Below the pieces are notes generated by a model, which was not told the DNA's origin, ran no database searches, and saw only the letters and a list, made by a program, of their open reading frames with translations. From Anaerolineales bacterium (GTDB lineage: Bacteria > Chloroflexota > Anaerolineae > Anaerolineales > UBA11858), in the NCBI GenBank assembly GCA_021108255.1, contig JAIORG010000230.1, positions 1 through 53,737 of the forward strand: 53,737 bases of DNA. Reading direction: 5' to 3'. Below are positions 8,954-20,361 of this stretch, piece after piece (the first letter of the stretch is position 1; the number at the start of each line of letters is the position of its first letter). The position numbers and the translations under genes are program-made.

Positions 8954-10257
8954 GATTCAATATATTCTTTTGTCGGGTCATTAACACCAAGAAGGATGAA
9001 AAGACCTGCGAGCAAAAAGATAATGATTGATCCAATGGCTACTCTTTGTCCGAGCTGTTCAGCCGCGAGCGCAAGATAACCCTGTTTTTGGAAGTAAATT
9101 GCTGCTTCGTAGGCCAGGAAACCGTAAACAGTTGGTCCAATAAATGAAGATGTCCTACCGGTAACAGCGAATAAGCCATAAAATTCTGCACTTCTTCCTT
9201 CGGGGGCAAAATATCCTACCAGAGTTCTGCTTACTGACTGGACTCCGGTAAGAGCAAGACCAGCCAATGCACCAATAATAAAAAATTGGGTTAAGTTCTG
9301 GGCAAACAACATGCCCAGGACTACGCCGATCATCATCAAGATTGAGTATATTAGAGAGCGTTTATAACCAAACTTAACGCCGGCAATTCCAGCGACGTAA
9401 GCACCAATTACGCTGGTTGCCTGAACGATAATCATGAAGATGATAAGTTGAGTCTGGGTCATGCCAAATAATACTGCACCAATGATGGCAGCGAAGTTTA
9501 AAGCCATCAAAATCCCGTCGTTGTATACTAAGAAAGCAATAATGAAGCGTAAGAAATCCTTGTAATCGCCAAGCGTTTTTAAAGTTTCGATTAATCTGTT
9601 AAAAGCGACAGAGAAAACATTTTCGCCATCGGGAAGATTTGCAGGAACGGCTTTTTCCTTTATCCAAAGGAATGCAGGCAAAGCTGCAACCGCAAAATAA
9701 ATTGAGGTAAAGACCAGAGAGAGTCGAACAACGAGTGTGCCGCCTACGATAACAATTATGGGCAGAAGAATTAATAAGGCGAGAATTCCACCTAATGAAC
9801 CAATTGCCCAGCCATTGCCGGATACTCGACCCATGTCCTCCGGTTCGGCAATCTCGGGAAGAAGTGAGTTATAAAACACCTGTCCGGATCTGTAGCCAAT
9901 CTCAGCAATAATAAAAAAGAGCATACCAAAAAGTACGTCACCTTTTTCAACAAAGAACAACAAGCCAGTGAAAACCCAAGTAATGGCTGAAAAGATGAAG
10001 AGAAATTTCTTTTTTGATGCAGAAAAGTCAGCGATTGCACCTAGAATAGGTGAAATTAACGCCACGGCCAACATGGCAACGCCAACTGCAATTCCCCAAT
10101 AGCGCGATCCTTCAGCGCCACCTACGACCGTGCCTTTAAAATATGCAGAGTAAACCGCAAGCAGAATGACAGCAGCGTAAGCTGAATTGCCAAAATCGTA
10201 TAGATACCAGGCAAGGTGTTCTCTATTGGTGGATTTGAGTTTTGATAACATAGACAT
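8950..10257 (-). CDS. MFS transporter (UMF1/ATG22-like)
   Basis: AWYLYDFGNSAY, FYNSLLPEIA, about 12 hydrophobic segments. Overlaps the acyltransferase start by 4 nt. Confidence 0.88.
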   Translation of the reverse strand: MSMLSKLKSTNREHLAWYLYDFGNSAYAAVILLAVYSAYFKGTVVGGAEGSRYWGIAVGVAMLAVALISPILGAIADFSASKKKFLFIFSAITWVFTGLLFFVEKGDVLFGMLFFIIAEIGYRSGQVFYNSLLPEIAEPEDMGRVSGNGWAIGSLGGILALLILLPIIVIVGGTLVVRLSLVFTSIYFAVAALPAFLWIKEKAVPANLPDGENVFSVAFNRLIETLKTLGDYKDFLRFIIAFLVYNDGILMALNFAAIIGAVLFGMTQTQLIIFMIIVQATSVIGAYVAGIAGVKFGYKRSLIYSILMMIGVVLGMLFAQNLTQFFIIGALAGLALTGVQSVSRTLVGYFAPEGRSAEFYGLFAVTGRTSSFIGPTVYGFLAYEAAIYFQKQGYLALAAEQLGQRVAIGSIIIFLLAGLFILLGVNDPTKEYIES

Positions 10258-10391
10258 CGATGCTCCTCAATATAGTAGGAATAATAAAAATTGGAGACCT
10301 AAATTCAATCAAAAAATAGGCTAGCTTGAATATTAATGTCGTCCACAGGTTACAAAGGTTTGATAATAATAACAAAAATCAATTACAACCG

Positions 10392-11513
10392 TTACAAATC
10401 TAAATCGTAAACTCGATGCGTTTTGGTCCATTTCATGGTGAAGTGGCTCGATTCTCCCAGGCTGGCTATATTATCTTCCCGGGTTTGAACGGTTTCAACA
10501 AAATCGAAGTTAAATTCATGAAAGGTTTTTTCTAATTCTGTATAGATGACAGCTGTTGAGCCAAGCCCGTGGTACTCCGGAACAATTCCAATGCCGTTGG
10601 TGTCCATATACTTGGTAGTTTTAAATTCGCGCCAGATATGGAACCAACCAAGCGGGAAAAGCCTGCCGTTTGTTTTTTGCAAACCCCTGCAAATATTAGG
10701 GTAGCTGAAAAGAAAACCGATAATTTTGTCATCTTTATAAACCAATTTAATTAATCGGGGGTCAGCAATTGATAACATTCGTTTTGCAATAAGTGTGATT
10801 TCGTCTTCTGTGATCGGGCTGAATCCCTCTGAACCTGAAAATGCAGAATTGTAAACAAGACGCAGTTCAGGCGCGATTGAAAGGAGTTCTTTTTTGGAAT
10901 TAAATTTCCTTACCCAGAAACCGCTGCGTTTCTTAACTTTTTCGGCAACTCGCTTGACCTTTTCAGAAAGACCGATAGTTGTATCCAGATAACCAGAATA
11001 GTAATCAAACATTTTTTGAAAACCTGCTCGCTTTACCAGGTTGTCATAATAAGGAAAATTATAGGATATGCCTATTGCGGGAATTTGATCAAAACCTTCA
11101 ACTAACAAGCCAATTCCATCTCCTTGAAGGAGTCCTTTTGGTCCATAAACGCGATCGTGCCCTCGTTCTCTGGCCCAGTTGAAAACTGCTCCAAAGAGCG
11201 CATTGGACACTTCTCGATCATCTATTGAATCAAAAAAATAAAAAAATGCAGTATTGCACTGATTGGTTTTGTTGAAGCGACTGTTGGAAATTGCACTTAT
11301 TCTTCCCAGCGTTTTTCCATTGTTCTCAGCGATAAAAAAATCCGCAGAAGAATGTTGGTAAAACGGATAGGAGGTCCTGTCCATAAGGTAACGGGTATCT
11401 GAGCGCATTTGTGGGACCCAGAAATGATTATTTCTGTATAGATCAAAAGGAAGCTGAATGAATTTTTTGATATCAGATTTATTTTCAGTATTAATTAAGC
11501 GAACATTCATCAA
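10392..11513 (-). CDS. GNAT-fold N-acetyltransferase-like protein (YghO-like)
   Basis: FIQLPFDLY..WVP, GRISA, YNFPYY, GRLFPLGW, GIVPEYHGLG acetyl-CoA loop. Confidence 0.7.
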   Translation of the reverse strand: MMNVRLINTENKSDIKKFIQLPFDLYRNNHFWVPQMRSDTRYLMDRTSYPFYQHSSADFFIAENNGKTLGRISAISNSRFNKTNQCNTAFFYFFDSIDDREVSNALFGAVFNWARERGHDRVYGPKGLLQGDGIGLLVEGFDQIPAIGISYNFPYYDNLVKRAGFQKMFDYYSGYLDTTIGLSEKVKRVAEKVKKRSGFWVRKFNSKKELLSIAPELRLVYNSAFSGSEGFSPITEDEITLIAKRMLSIADPRLIKLVYKDDKIIGFLFSYPNICRGLQKTNGRLFPLGWFHIWREFKTTKYMDTNGIGIVPEYHGLGSTAVIYTELEKTFHEFNFDFVETVQTREDNIASLGESSHFTMKWTKTHRVYDLDL

Positions 11514-11976
11514 GATTCTCCATGCTCCCGGAGCACAATAAAAAGATTATACCGTGAGGTGAATGAAAATGAGCAGGGGATTGGAAAAGCAAAGAGTAAC
11601 TTGAAAATTGTTGAGCAAAATCGGACAACAAGGTATATGTTGATTCAGGGCAGTTCGCTAGTAGAACGTTACGATAAAGAATAAATCAATTAGATTGAGA
11701 ATTTAATCCACATAATACCTGGTACTTTAATCTGGATAATATTAAGATTGCGCATAGACAAAATAGTAAACATATATATAATTAAAAATATAATTAAGCA
11801 TAGAATTATCAAAAAAAACATTGAGAAGAGAATAATTACCAGAAAAAATTTATATAGCTGTTCTTAATGGGCACTAAATTTGATAGGTAATTATATGGTA
11901 AACTGAAAATGAAGCCATTAGAAGCAGGTGTTTGATTAATTGAGCGGAACCTGATCAGGCCAGAGGAGTCAGTAGG

Positions 11977-12354
11977 ATGAAATATCATATCTTGATCATT
12001 GACGATAACGAGAAAACACTGGAAGTGCTAAAGCTTTCTTTAGAAAGGGCAGGCTTTAGAGTAACAACAGCTGAATCGTGGGAAACTGTCGAAGATAAAA
12101 TCAAGATAGGATATAGGGTAAAAGATCCTTTTGACCTGATTGTTTTGGACTTGATGATTCCGGAAAGATCTGGATTTGAGATCTTGCGTTCACTTCATGT
12201 TGTTCTGGTTCCAATGCCTCCTGTAATTGTATTAAGTGCAATTACCGATATAAAAAAGAAAGTAGAGGCACGAGATTTAGGAGTAGCAAAATACCTTACC
12301 AAACCTACGACTCCAGACAGATTAGTCAAAGCTATAAGGGATGTGTTGATTTAA
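11977..12354 (+). CDS. Single-domain response regulator receiver
   Basis: ILIIDD, LDLMIP (phospho-Asp), LSA, YLTKP. GAGGAG RBS upstream. Confidence 0.9.
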   Translation: MKYHILIIDDNEKTLEVLKLSLERAGFRVTTAESWETVEDKIKIGYRVKDPFDLIVLDLMIPERSGFEILRSLHVVLVPMPPVIVLSAITDIKKKVEARDLGVAKYLTKPTTPDRLVKAIRDVLI

Positions 12355-12358
12355 AAAT

Positions 12359-13097
12359 TTATTGGCTGTTGTTATTTAGCAAATAGTCAATAGTGGGGGA
12401 AATAAGAATTTATTCGGTGTTCTGAAAAATGGCGAAGACGGACAGAATAGGTGCCTCTGGAATACCGGGCAAGGGGAGAATACGGGTGTTTGAACTTGCT
12501 AGAGATTATCCTATGTAGCTGAGACTGCTCTTGTTTTTTTCAATCAACGAATTTACTTCAGTTTGCGAAGGCGTAATCAGCGCCGATGTAGTGAGTGTTA
12601 ATTCTCCAAAAAGAAAAACTTCAAAAAATAGGCGAAGAGGATGGGTATCGTAATAAACCCACAATTAAATTGGTCAGGATAGTCCACTTTGAGGAAATAA
12701 AGACCAATCTTGGGTTTTCCCAACAAAGATAGATTGGAGATCGGATACTGATAGAGAAGATAAATTGTTGTTTGGTGACACGATAACAACAATTTTTTCT
12801 GATTCGATAACAATAAATGTAATGCCGTCCGTATTTAAAGCTGGGCGCAGAACAGGATTTCACTGCCAGATTAAGAGGTTGAATTAAGCTGGATCAGGAT
12901 ATGGGTCCGGGTAAATGTTTGTTTGTAAGGATACCCCCGGTAATGTCCTGGCAAAATGAAGAATGGCAGGAGTAAACTGGTCGTCTAAATATGCTGAAAG
13001 GCCGAACAGGAATGGACTGGGTGTCACAGGTAAAGGGAGAACATAAACAAAAACAAAGATAAACGAGAGAAGGGAAAGGAAAAAATATTTATTTCAT
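12359..13097 (-). pseudogene. Pseudogene of a PBP2/PstS-like substrate-binding protein
   Basis: One frame reads ...IVVIVSPNNNLSSLSVSDLQSIFVGKTQDWS..., matching the PstS-like V..N.V..LT..L..IF.G....W pattern, over about 244 codons. It contains six internal stops, and the ATG is one base out of frame with a hydrophobic N-terminus. Confidence 0.75.
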
Positions 13098-13107
13098 TGA
13101 TGAAAGG

Positions 13108-15065
<1,958 letters not shown>

Positions 15066-15112
15066 TTATATAGGTTTTAAGTATTGTGATGGAGGATGAT
15101 AAAAACCCGTCG

Positions 15113-15121
15113 TGTTATAAT
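15113..15121 (+). promoter_or_regulatory. Extended -10 promoter (TGtTATAAT) for the aminotransferase operon
   Basis: TGTTATAAT about 64 nt before the ATG at 15185, which has an AAGGAG RBS. Divergent from the tgt promoter. Confidence 0.55.
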
Positions 15122-15184
15122 AATCCACGTTCTATGGAAAAAAAATAGTTTAAGGGGATAAGAGATAATACAAAGGAGCAGTTA

Positions 15185-16504
15185 ATGGAACGCTTGAATG
15201 TACCAGGTCCAAAAGCAAAACAGATCGTCGCGGAAGATAGTAAATTTATTTCAAATTCCTATCCTAGAGCCTACCCTTTTGTGATGGATCACGGAAAAGG
15301 AACAGAGGTTTGGGATGTAGATGGGAATCGGTATCTGGATTTCGCTGCCGGAATAGCTGTCACGGGAACCGGGCACAGCCACCCTGAAGTAGTAAAGGCG
15401 ATAAAAGATCAGGCAGATAAATTTCTACATATATCTTCGGATTTTTATCATCCAATTTGGGTGGAACTTGCAAAAAGACTTGATAGCATATCACCATTCG
15501 AAGAAGAGGCTGCCTCCTTTATGACTAATTCTGGCACCGAAAGTGTTGAAGCTGCAATTAAACTCGCTAGATTTCATACTGGTCGATCTCAATTTATCGG
15601 TTTCCTTGGAGGATTTCACGGACGAACTTATGGGTCCCTGGCTTTTACTGCTAGCAAACCTGTTTATCGACACGGTTTCTTTCCCTTGATGAATGGGGTA
15701 GTTCATGCGCCTTATCCTGATCCATACAGGCAAATTCTTAACTCAAAAGAAGGTGAACCTTATGGGGAGACTGTTGTTCGTTATATTGAGGAGCAGTTAA
15801 TCGGAAGAGTTGTTCCGGCTGACGATATAGCCGGAATATTAATTGAACCAATTCAAGGAGAGGGGGGATATATTGTGCCGGCAGAAGGATTTTTCCCTGC
15901 GCTTCGAAAGCTGTGTGATAAATATGGAATTATGCTGATAGCCGATGAAGTTCAATCCGGCATGGGGAGGACAGGGAAATGGTGGGCGATTGAGCATTTT
16001 GATGTAATACCAGATATTATAACCACGGCAAAAGGAATTGCATCGGGTATTCCTTTGGGAGCAATCATTGCTAAAAAGAGTGTTATGACCTGGCCAAAAG
16101 GAGCTCACGGTAATACCTATGGTGGAAATCCTGTCGCTTCTGCTGCAGCGATTGCAACTATCGATTTAATAGAACGGGAGTATTTGCAGAACGCGACAGA
16201 TATGGGTCAATACATGATGGGCGCGCTGGAAGAGATTAAATCCAGTCACGACAGTATTGGTGAAGTGAGAGGAATTGGATTAATGCTTGGTGTTGATTTT
16301 GTAAAAGATAAAACTTCAAGAAAGCCTGATGCTGAAATCAGGGACCAGGTTGAGAGACTCTCGTTTGAGTATGGATTAGTTACGCTTGGTTGTGGCAAGA
16401 GCACAATCCGCTTTGCTCCTCCATTGTCTATAACCAAAGGGGAAATAGACGAAGGTCTGCAGATATTTAACCACGTGATTGGATTGGCAGAACGAGGAGA
16501 TTAA
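15185..16504 (+). CDS. Class-III PLP aminotransferase (acetylornithine/4-aminobutyrate aminotransferase family)
   Basis: WDVDGNRYLDF, NSGTESVEAA, FHGRT, EPIQGEGG, ADEVQSGMGRTG, TAKG (PLP Lys). Confidence 0.92.
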   Translation: MERLNVPGPKAKQIVAEDSKFISNSYPRAYPFVMDHGKGTEVWDVDGNRYLDFAAGIAVTGTGHSHPEVVKAIKDQADKFLHISSDFYHPIWVELAKRLDSISPFEEEAASFMTNSGTESVEAAIKLARFHTGRSQFIGFLGGFHGRTYGSLAFTASKPVYRHGFFPLMNGVVHAPYPDPYRQILNSKEGEPYGETVVRYIEEQLIGRVVPADDIAGILIEPIQGEGGYIVPAEGFFPALRKLCDKYGIMLIADEVQSGMGRTGKWWAIEHFDVIPDIITTAKGIASGIPLGAIIAKKSVMTWPKGAHGNTYGGNPVASAAAIATIDLIEREYLQNATDMGQYMMGALEEIKSSHDSIGEVRGIGLMLGVDFVKDKTSRKPDAEIRDQVERLSFEYGLVTLGCGKSTIRFAPPLSITKGEIDEGLQIFNHVIGLAERGD

Positions 16505-16540
16505 TATCTACTGTTCAAACCGAGAGCAATAAATAAATTA

Positions 16541-18127
16541 ATGCTACCTGATCACAGAATCCGACAGAGAGATTATCTGCTTGAAATTACCCGCAGCCTT
16601 ACTCAGGAATTAAATCTTGATAAGCTGCTTCAGCGAATTTTAGAATTAGCTGCTGAAATGCTTGCGGGGAAGGCAGGACTGATCGCCTTGAGAGAAGAAC
16701 AAGGCGGTTGGGATATAGGTGCGTCTTATGGAATTCAACCAAAATTTTTACAATATGTAAAACCTGTACTGGCTGAGGTTCCGGAAAACGACGAACAAGC
16801 TGGGTTAGAACTGCCAGAAGTAAACAGGCTGCTTCAGCTGTTGACAAAACGGGCAAGTATGAATTTGTTAACCGGCGTGGGGTTGCCGCTAATATCAGAA
16901 AAACGAGTTATCGGACTGATTTTCATTTTCAGAGGTTATCAAGGGTCGTTCTCTCAAAATGACAGGGCGATATTGCAAAGTTTTGCAGATCAAGCAGCCA
17001 TAGCCGTAATAAATGCACAGTTATACTCCCAGGTTTCTCGCGAAAAAAGCAGGTTGAGCGCATTTTTAGATTACGCTGCAGACGGAATCGTAATAATGTC
17101 GGCTGATCATAAAATAGAAAAATGCAACCAGGCGTTTGCTAGGATTTTACGGAAGGATGTCGGTGACATTGAAGGAAAGGAACACAACCAAATAATCAAT
17201 TGGGGATCACGTCAGCATGGCCTGACACTTGAAGAAGCTGAATTGAATGGATGGCCGCTGACAGCAAAAGCGATTTTGTATGTGGAAGGCGACTTGAAAC
17301 GACCTACAGGAGAAATGGTTCCCGTAGGTATAACTTATGCGCCTTTGCTATCTGGTGAAGGGCATCTGATTAACATAATTGGATCAGTGAGAGATATAAC
17401 AAACTTCCGGGAAGCAGATGAAATTAAAAGCGTATTTGTGTCTGTTATAAGCCATGAACTAAAGACACCCGTTGCCTTAATTAAGGGTTATGTTGGGACC
17501 CTAAGGAGAAAAGATGTTTCCTGGGATAGCGAAATTGTGCAGGATAGCCTGGAGGTAATTGAAGAAGAAACTGATCGGCTAACAGAATTAATAGAAAATT
17601 TATTGGATGCATCCCGCTTACAGGCTGGAAGTTTCAGTTTAAATTTAGCTGAAATTAAAATAGATCAAATGGCAGCTGAAATGGCGGAAAGATTCCAAAC
17701 CCAAACAAATCAACATAAAATAAAAGTTCAGTTCCCGGAAGAATTTCCAGTTATAGTTGGAGATAAGAAGAGGTTAGAACAAGTATTTTTTAATTTGCTT
17801 TCCAATTCTATTAAGTATTCACCTGAAGGTGGTGAAATATTAATCAGTGGACAAATCAGGTCGGAGCAAATAATAATCTGTGTTCAGGACCAAGGAATAG
17901 GTATCTCGCAAGAAGACGTACCTCATATATTTGACAGATTTTACAGGGCCATTGAAGCAGCAAAGAACACTCAAGGAGCAGGGTTAGGCTTGTATTTAAG
18001 CAGAGCAATCATTGAAGCGCACAATGGACGCATGTGGGTCGAGACGCGACCCGATTCAGGGGCGCGGTTATGTTTTTCTCTACTGAGGGAAAAACAATTT
18101 ACAGAAAAATTAATTGATAAAGAATAA
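16541..18127 (+). CDS. Soluble GAF-PAS sensor histidine kinase
   Basis: GAF ending FADQAAIAV, PAS (DGIVI...SVRDIT), SHELKTP, NLLSNSIKYS, DQGIG, GAGLGL. Confidence 0.92.
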   Translation: MLPDHRIRQRDYLLEITRSLTQELNLDKLLQRILELAAEMLAGKAGLIALREEQGGWDIGASYGIQPKFLQYVKPVLAEVPENDEQAGLELPEVNRLLQLLTKRASMNLLTGVGLPLISEKRVIGLIFIFRGYQGSFSQNDRAILQSFADQAAIAVINAQLYSQVSREKSRLSAFLDYAADGIVIMSADHKIEKCNQAFARILRKDVGDIEGKEHNQIINWGSRQHGLTLEEAELNGWPLTAKAILYVEGDLKRPTGEMVPVGITYAPLLSGEGHLINIIGSVRDITNFREADEIKSVFVSVISHELKTPVALIKGYVGTLRRKDVSWDSEIVQDSLEVIEEETDRLTELIENLLDASRLQAGSFSLNLAEIKIDQMAAEMAERFQTQTNQHKIKVQFPEEFPVIVGDKKRLEQVFFNLLSNSIKYSPEGGEILISGQIRSEQIIICVQDQGIGISQEDVPHIFDRFYRAIEAAKNTQGAGLGLYLSRAIIEAHNGRMWVETRPDSGARLCFSLLREKQFTEKLIDKE

Positions 18128-18149
18128 AACATACAAATAAGAAGGTAGA

Positions 18150-19535
18150 GTGGTTATGCCAAAAATTCAAACAAGTTGTCCAAATTGTCAACAACCCATT
18201 GTCGCTGAAATCCAGCAGGTTATAGACGGAGGAAGAAATCCTCAACAGAAGGAATTAATCCTGTCCGGAGGATTGAACTTAGCTCAATGCCAGGCGTGTG
18301 GATTTCAAGGACAGCTTCCAGTGCCTATGGTTTACCATGACGCGGAAAAGGAGATTCTTTTCACATTCTCACCACCAGATATTGGAAAAACCATGGAAGA
18401 AAAAGAGGGTGCATTGGCTCCTTTGCTGAAAAAAATAATTGATAAACTTGAACCAGAAAAGAGAAAAGGATATTTATTTCAACCAAAAGATATGTTAACA
18501 ATGAACAGCTTAATAAAAAGCATACTTTTAGAAGATGGCGTTACAGAAGAGATGATAGAAAGCCAACAGGAAAAAGTAAATTTACTAGACTCTCTATTTG
18601 CTCAAGAAGGAAAAGAATTAACAGAGACGATCAAAAATAATAATGACCGAATAGACAGAGAATTTTTTGCGCTGTTCGCTGAGATAGCTCAACGAATTAT
18701 AAGCAGTCAAGACGAAAAAGCAATAGAAAAAATACAGGCCATCCAAGAAATATTAATGATCGAAACTGATGTTGGAAAAGAAATCATGGCCGAAACGCAG
18801 GAGATACAAGCCGCCAGCAAATCCCTGGAAGATTTGGGGAAAAATCTTACCAGATCATCCCTGTTGGAGTTGGTAATTAACGCGCCGACGGATGAACGAG
18901 TGAGGGCATTGACAAGTTTAGTGAGACCTGCGATGGACTATGAATTTTTTCAGATGTTTACAGAAAGGATCGAAAAATCAGCAGAAGAAATAAGAAGCAA
19001 CTTGGTCGAAAAAAGAAACTTAATGCTGAAGTTAACTCAGGAAATTGATCAACAAATGTATGAAAGAACAAATGCAGCAAAAGAAATAATCAATTCCATA
19101 ATTGAAGAGGAATCACCGGAAGAAGCTCTGATAAAAATAATTGATCAAATTGATCAATTATTTGTTCAGACCCTGTCTGCGGAGTTGGAATTAGCTATAA
19201 AGGAAAAACAAACTGAGCGTAAGGACAAATTGGGCAATTTGCTGCAAAAAATTCAAGAACTTACGACTCCTCCTGAATTAAAAATAATTGACCAGTTGTT
19301 ATCCGCTGCTGACAAGGGTGAATTAGAAAACCTTTTAGAGGAGATGAAAGAACAAATCAGCCCTCAATTTGTTGATTACATGACATCAATTATCAGTAAT
19401 TTTGAAGAGCAAATCAATGCTGCCGATGGTGATAACCAAGAAGAAATGAAGGAAACATTAATTAGGCTCAAGACAGTTTATAACGCCGTGATTCGCAGAT
19501 CGATGAAAATTAAAATTGATGAGAATAAGAACTAG
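18150..19535 (+). CDS. CpXC-domain protein with long helical C-terminus
   Basis: N-terminal CPNC ... CQAC, YHDAEKE, followed by an acidic helical region. Confidence 0.75.
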   Translation: MVMPKIQTSCPNCQQPIVAEIQQVIDGGRNPQQKELILSGGLNLAQCQACGFQGQLPVPMVYHDAEKEILFTFSPPDIGKTMEEKEGALAPLLKKIIDKLEPEKRKGYLFQPKDMLTMNSLIKSILLEDGVTEEMIESQQEKVNLLDSLFAQEGKELTETIKNNNDRIDREFFALFAEIAQRIISSQDEKAIEKIQAIQEILMIETDVGKEIMAETQEIQAASKSLEDLGKNLTRSSLLELVINAPTDERVRALTSLVRPAMDYEFFQMFTERIEKSAEEIRSNLVEKRNLMLKLTQEIDQQMYERTNAAKEIINSIIEEESPEEALIKIIDQIDQLFVQTLSAELELAIKEKQTERKDKLGNLLQKIQELTTPPELKIIDQLLSAADKGELENLLEEMKEQISPQFVDYMTSIISNFEEQINAADGDNQEEMKETLIRLKTVYNAVIRRSMKIKIDENKN

Positions 19536-19579
19536 ATTTTAATCTAAGGAAGGAAATTTTTACTGAGGGAGATATACGT

Positions 19580-20272
19580 CTAGTCAGTAGATCCGCTGGA
19601 ACTGATTGGCGGATTGTCCAGGCGGTAGCCCTGACCTCTGACTGTTATTATGTAATTGTGATGACTGTCAAGCTCAGAAATTCGCTCTCTTAAACGCCTA
19701 ACCAGGGCATCAAGAGCCTGATCAGTAACTCCGACAGATTCTTGAGAACCCCAAACGGAATTAATAATTTCTGATCTTGAGATAACCCTGCCGGTGGAAT
19801 CTAGCAGGAGTAATAACAATTTAAATTGCAATAAAGAAAGGGGAGGATCCAGCTCGCGGTTTAAAATCCAGGTTCTATGCGAGTCTTTTTCAAGACGGAT
19901 TCGTCTGAAATAGGAGATGACAGAAGATTCAAAATCGCCGGGCGCAAGAGGCACAGTTGCATCTTGCCCGAGGAAGACAAATTCTTGTGCAAGAGCGATT
20001 TGGATGACATCCCCGTCTTCTAGATTTGTGAGCTCTGCAACAGGTTTTCCATTATGGAAAGTGCCATTTTTACTGGAAAGGTCCTCTAAGACAGGGCCAT
20101 GCGGAGAAATAAATATACGAGCGTGTTTTCTGGAAACTTGTTGGTTGGGGATCATAATTTCACAAGCACCTGTGCGTCCAATAATTATTTCACCGGAAAT
20201 GGACCAGCGGTAACCGTTTAATGAACCACCTTGACCTACAAGAACTGGCTGAGATTGGATAAGATCTTTCAT
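19580..20272 (-). CDS. FHA domain + OmpR-type winged-helix DNA-binding protein
   Basis: IGR, SRKH, SKNGT (FHA residues); LSLLQFKLL, VRRLRERI, ITVRGQGYRL (Trans_reg_C). Confidence 0.9.
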   Translation of the reverse strand: MKDLIQSQPVLVGQGGSLNGYRWSISGEIIIGRTGACEIMIPNQQVSRKHARIFISPHGPVLEDLSSKNGTFHNGKPVAELTNLEDGDVIQIALAQEFVFLGQDATVPLAPGDFESSVISYFRRIRLEKDSHRTWILNRELDPPLSLLQFKLLLLLLDSTGRVISRSEIINSVWGSQESVGVTDQALDALVRRLRERISELDSHHNYIITVRGQGYRLDNPPISSSGSTD

Positions 20273-20361
20273 AATGGAATTTTGTAAGTTGTGATAAGAG
20301 AGCTTCGTTTAGATTATAATTCAATTATGAAAGAAGAGAAAATAATATTCACTAATAAAAA

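Noticed and set aside
11514-11976. Long AT-rich intergenic region as oriC or sRNA
   Set aside because: Only one imperfect DnaA-box-like 9-mer (TAATCCACA near 11704), no dnaA/dnaN context and no clear structure. It is consistent with a divergent promoter region.
12598-12863. 71-aa and 80-aa ORFs from the track
   Set aside because: They are alternative frames overlying the pseudogene and have no recognisable motifs.
12359-13097. Stop-codon recoding (Sec, Pyl or alternative genetic code)
   Set aside because: The internal stops are a mix of TAA and TGA, and both terminate normal genes throughout the window. Pseudogenisation is simpler.
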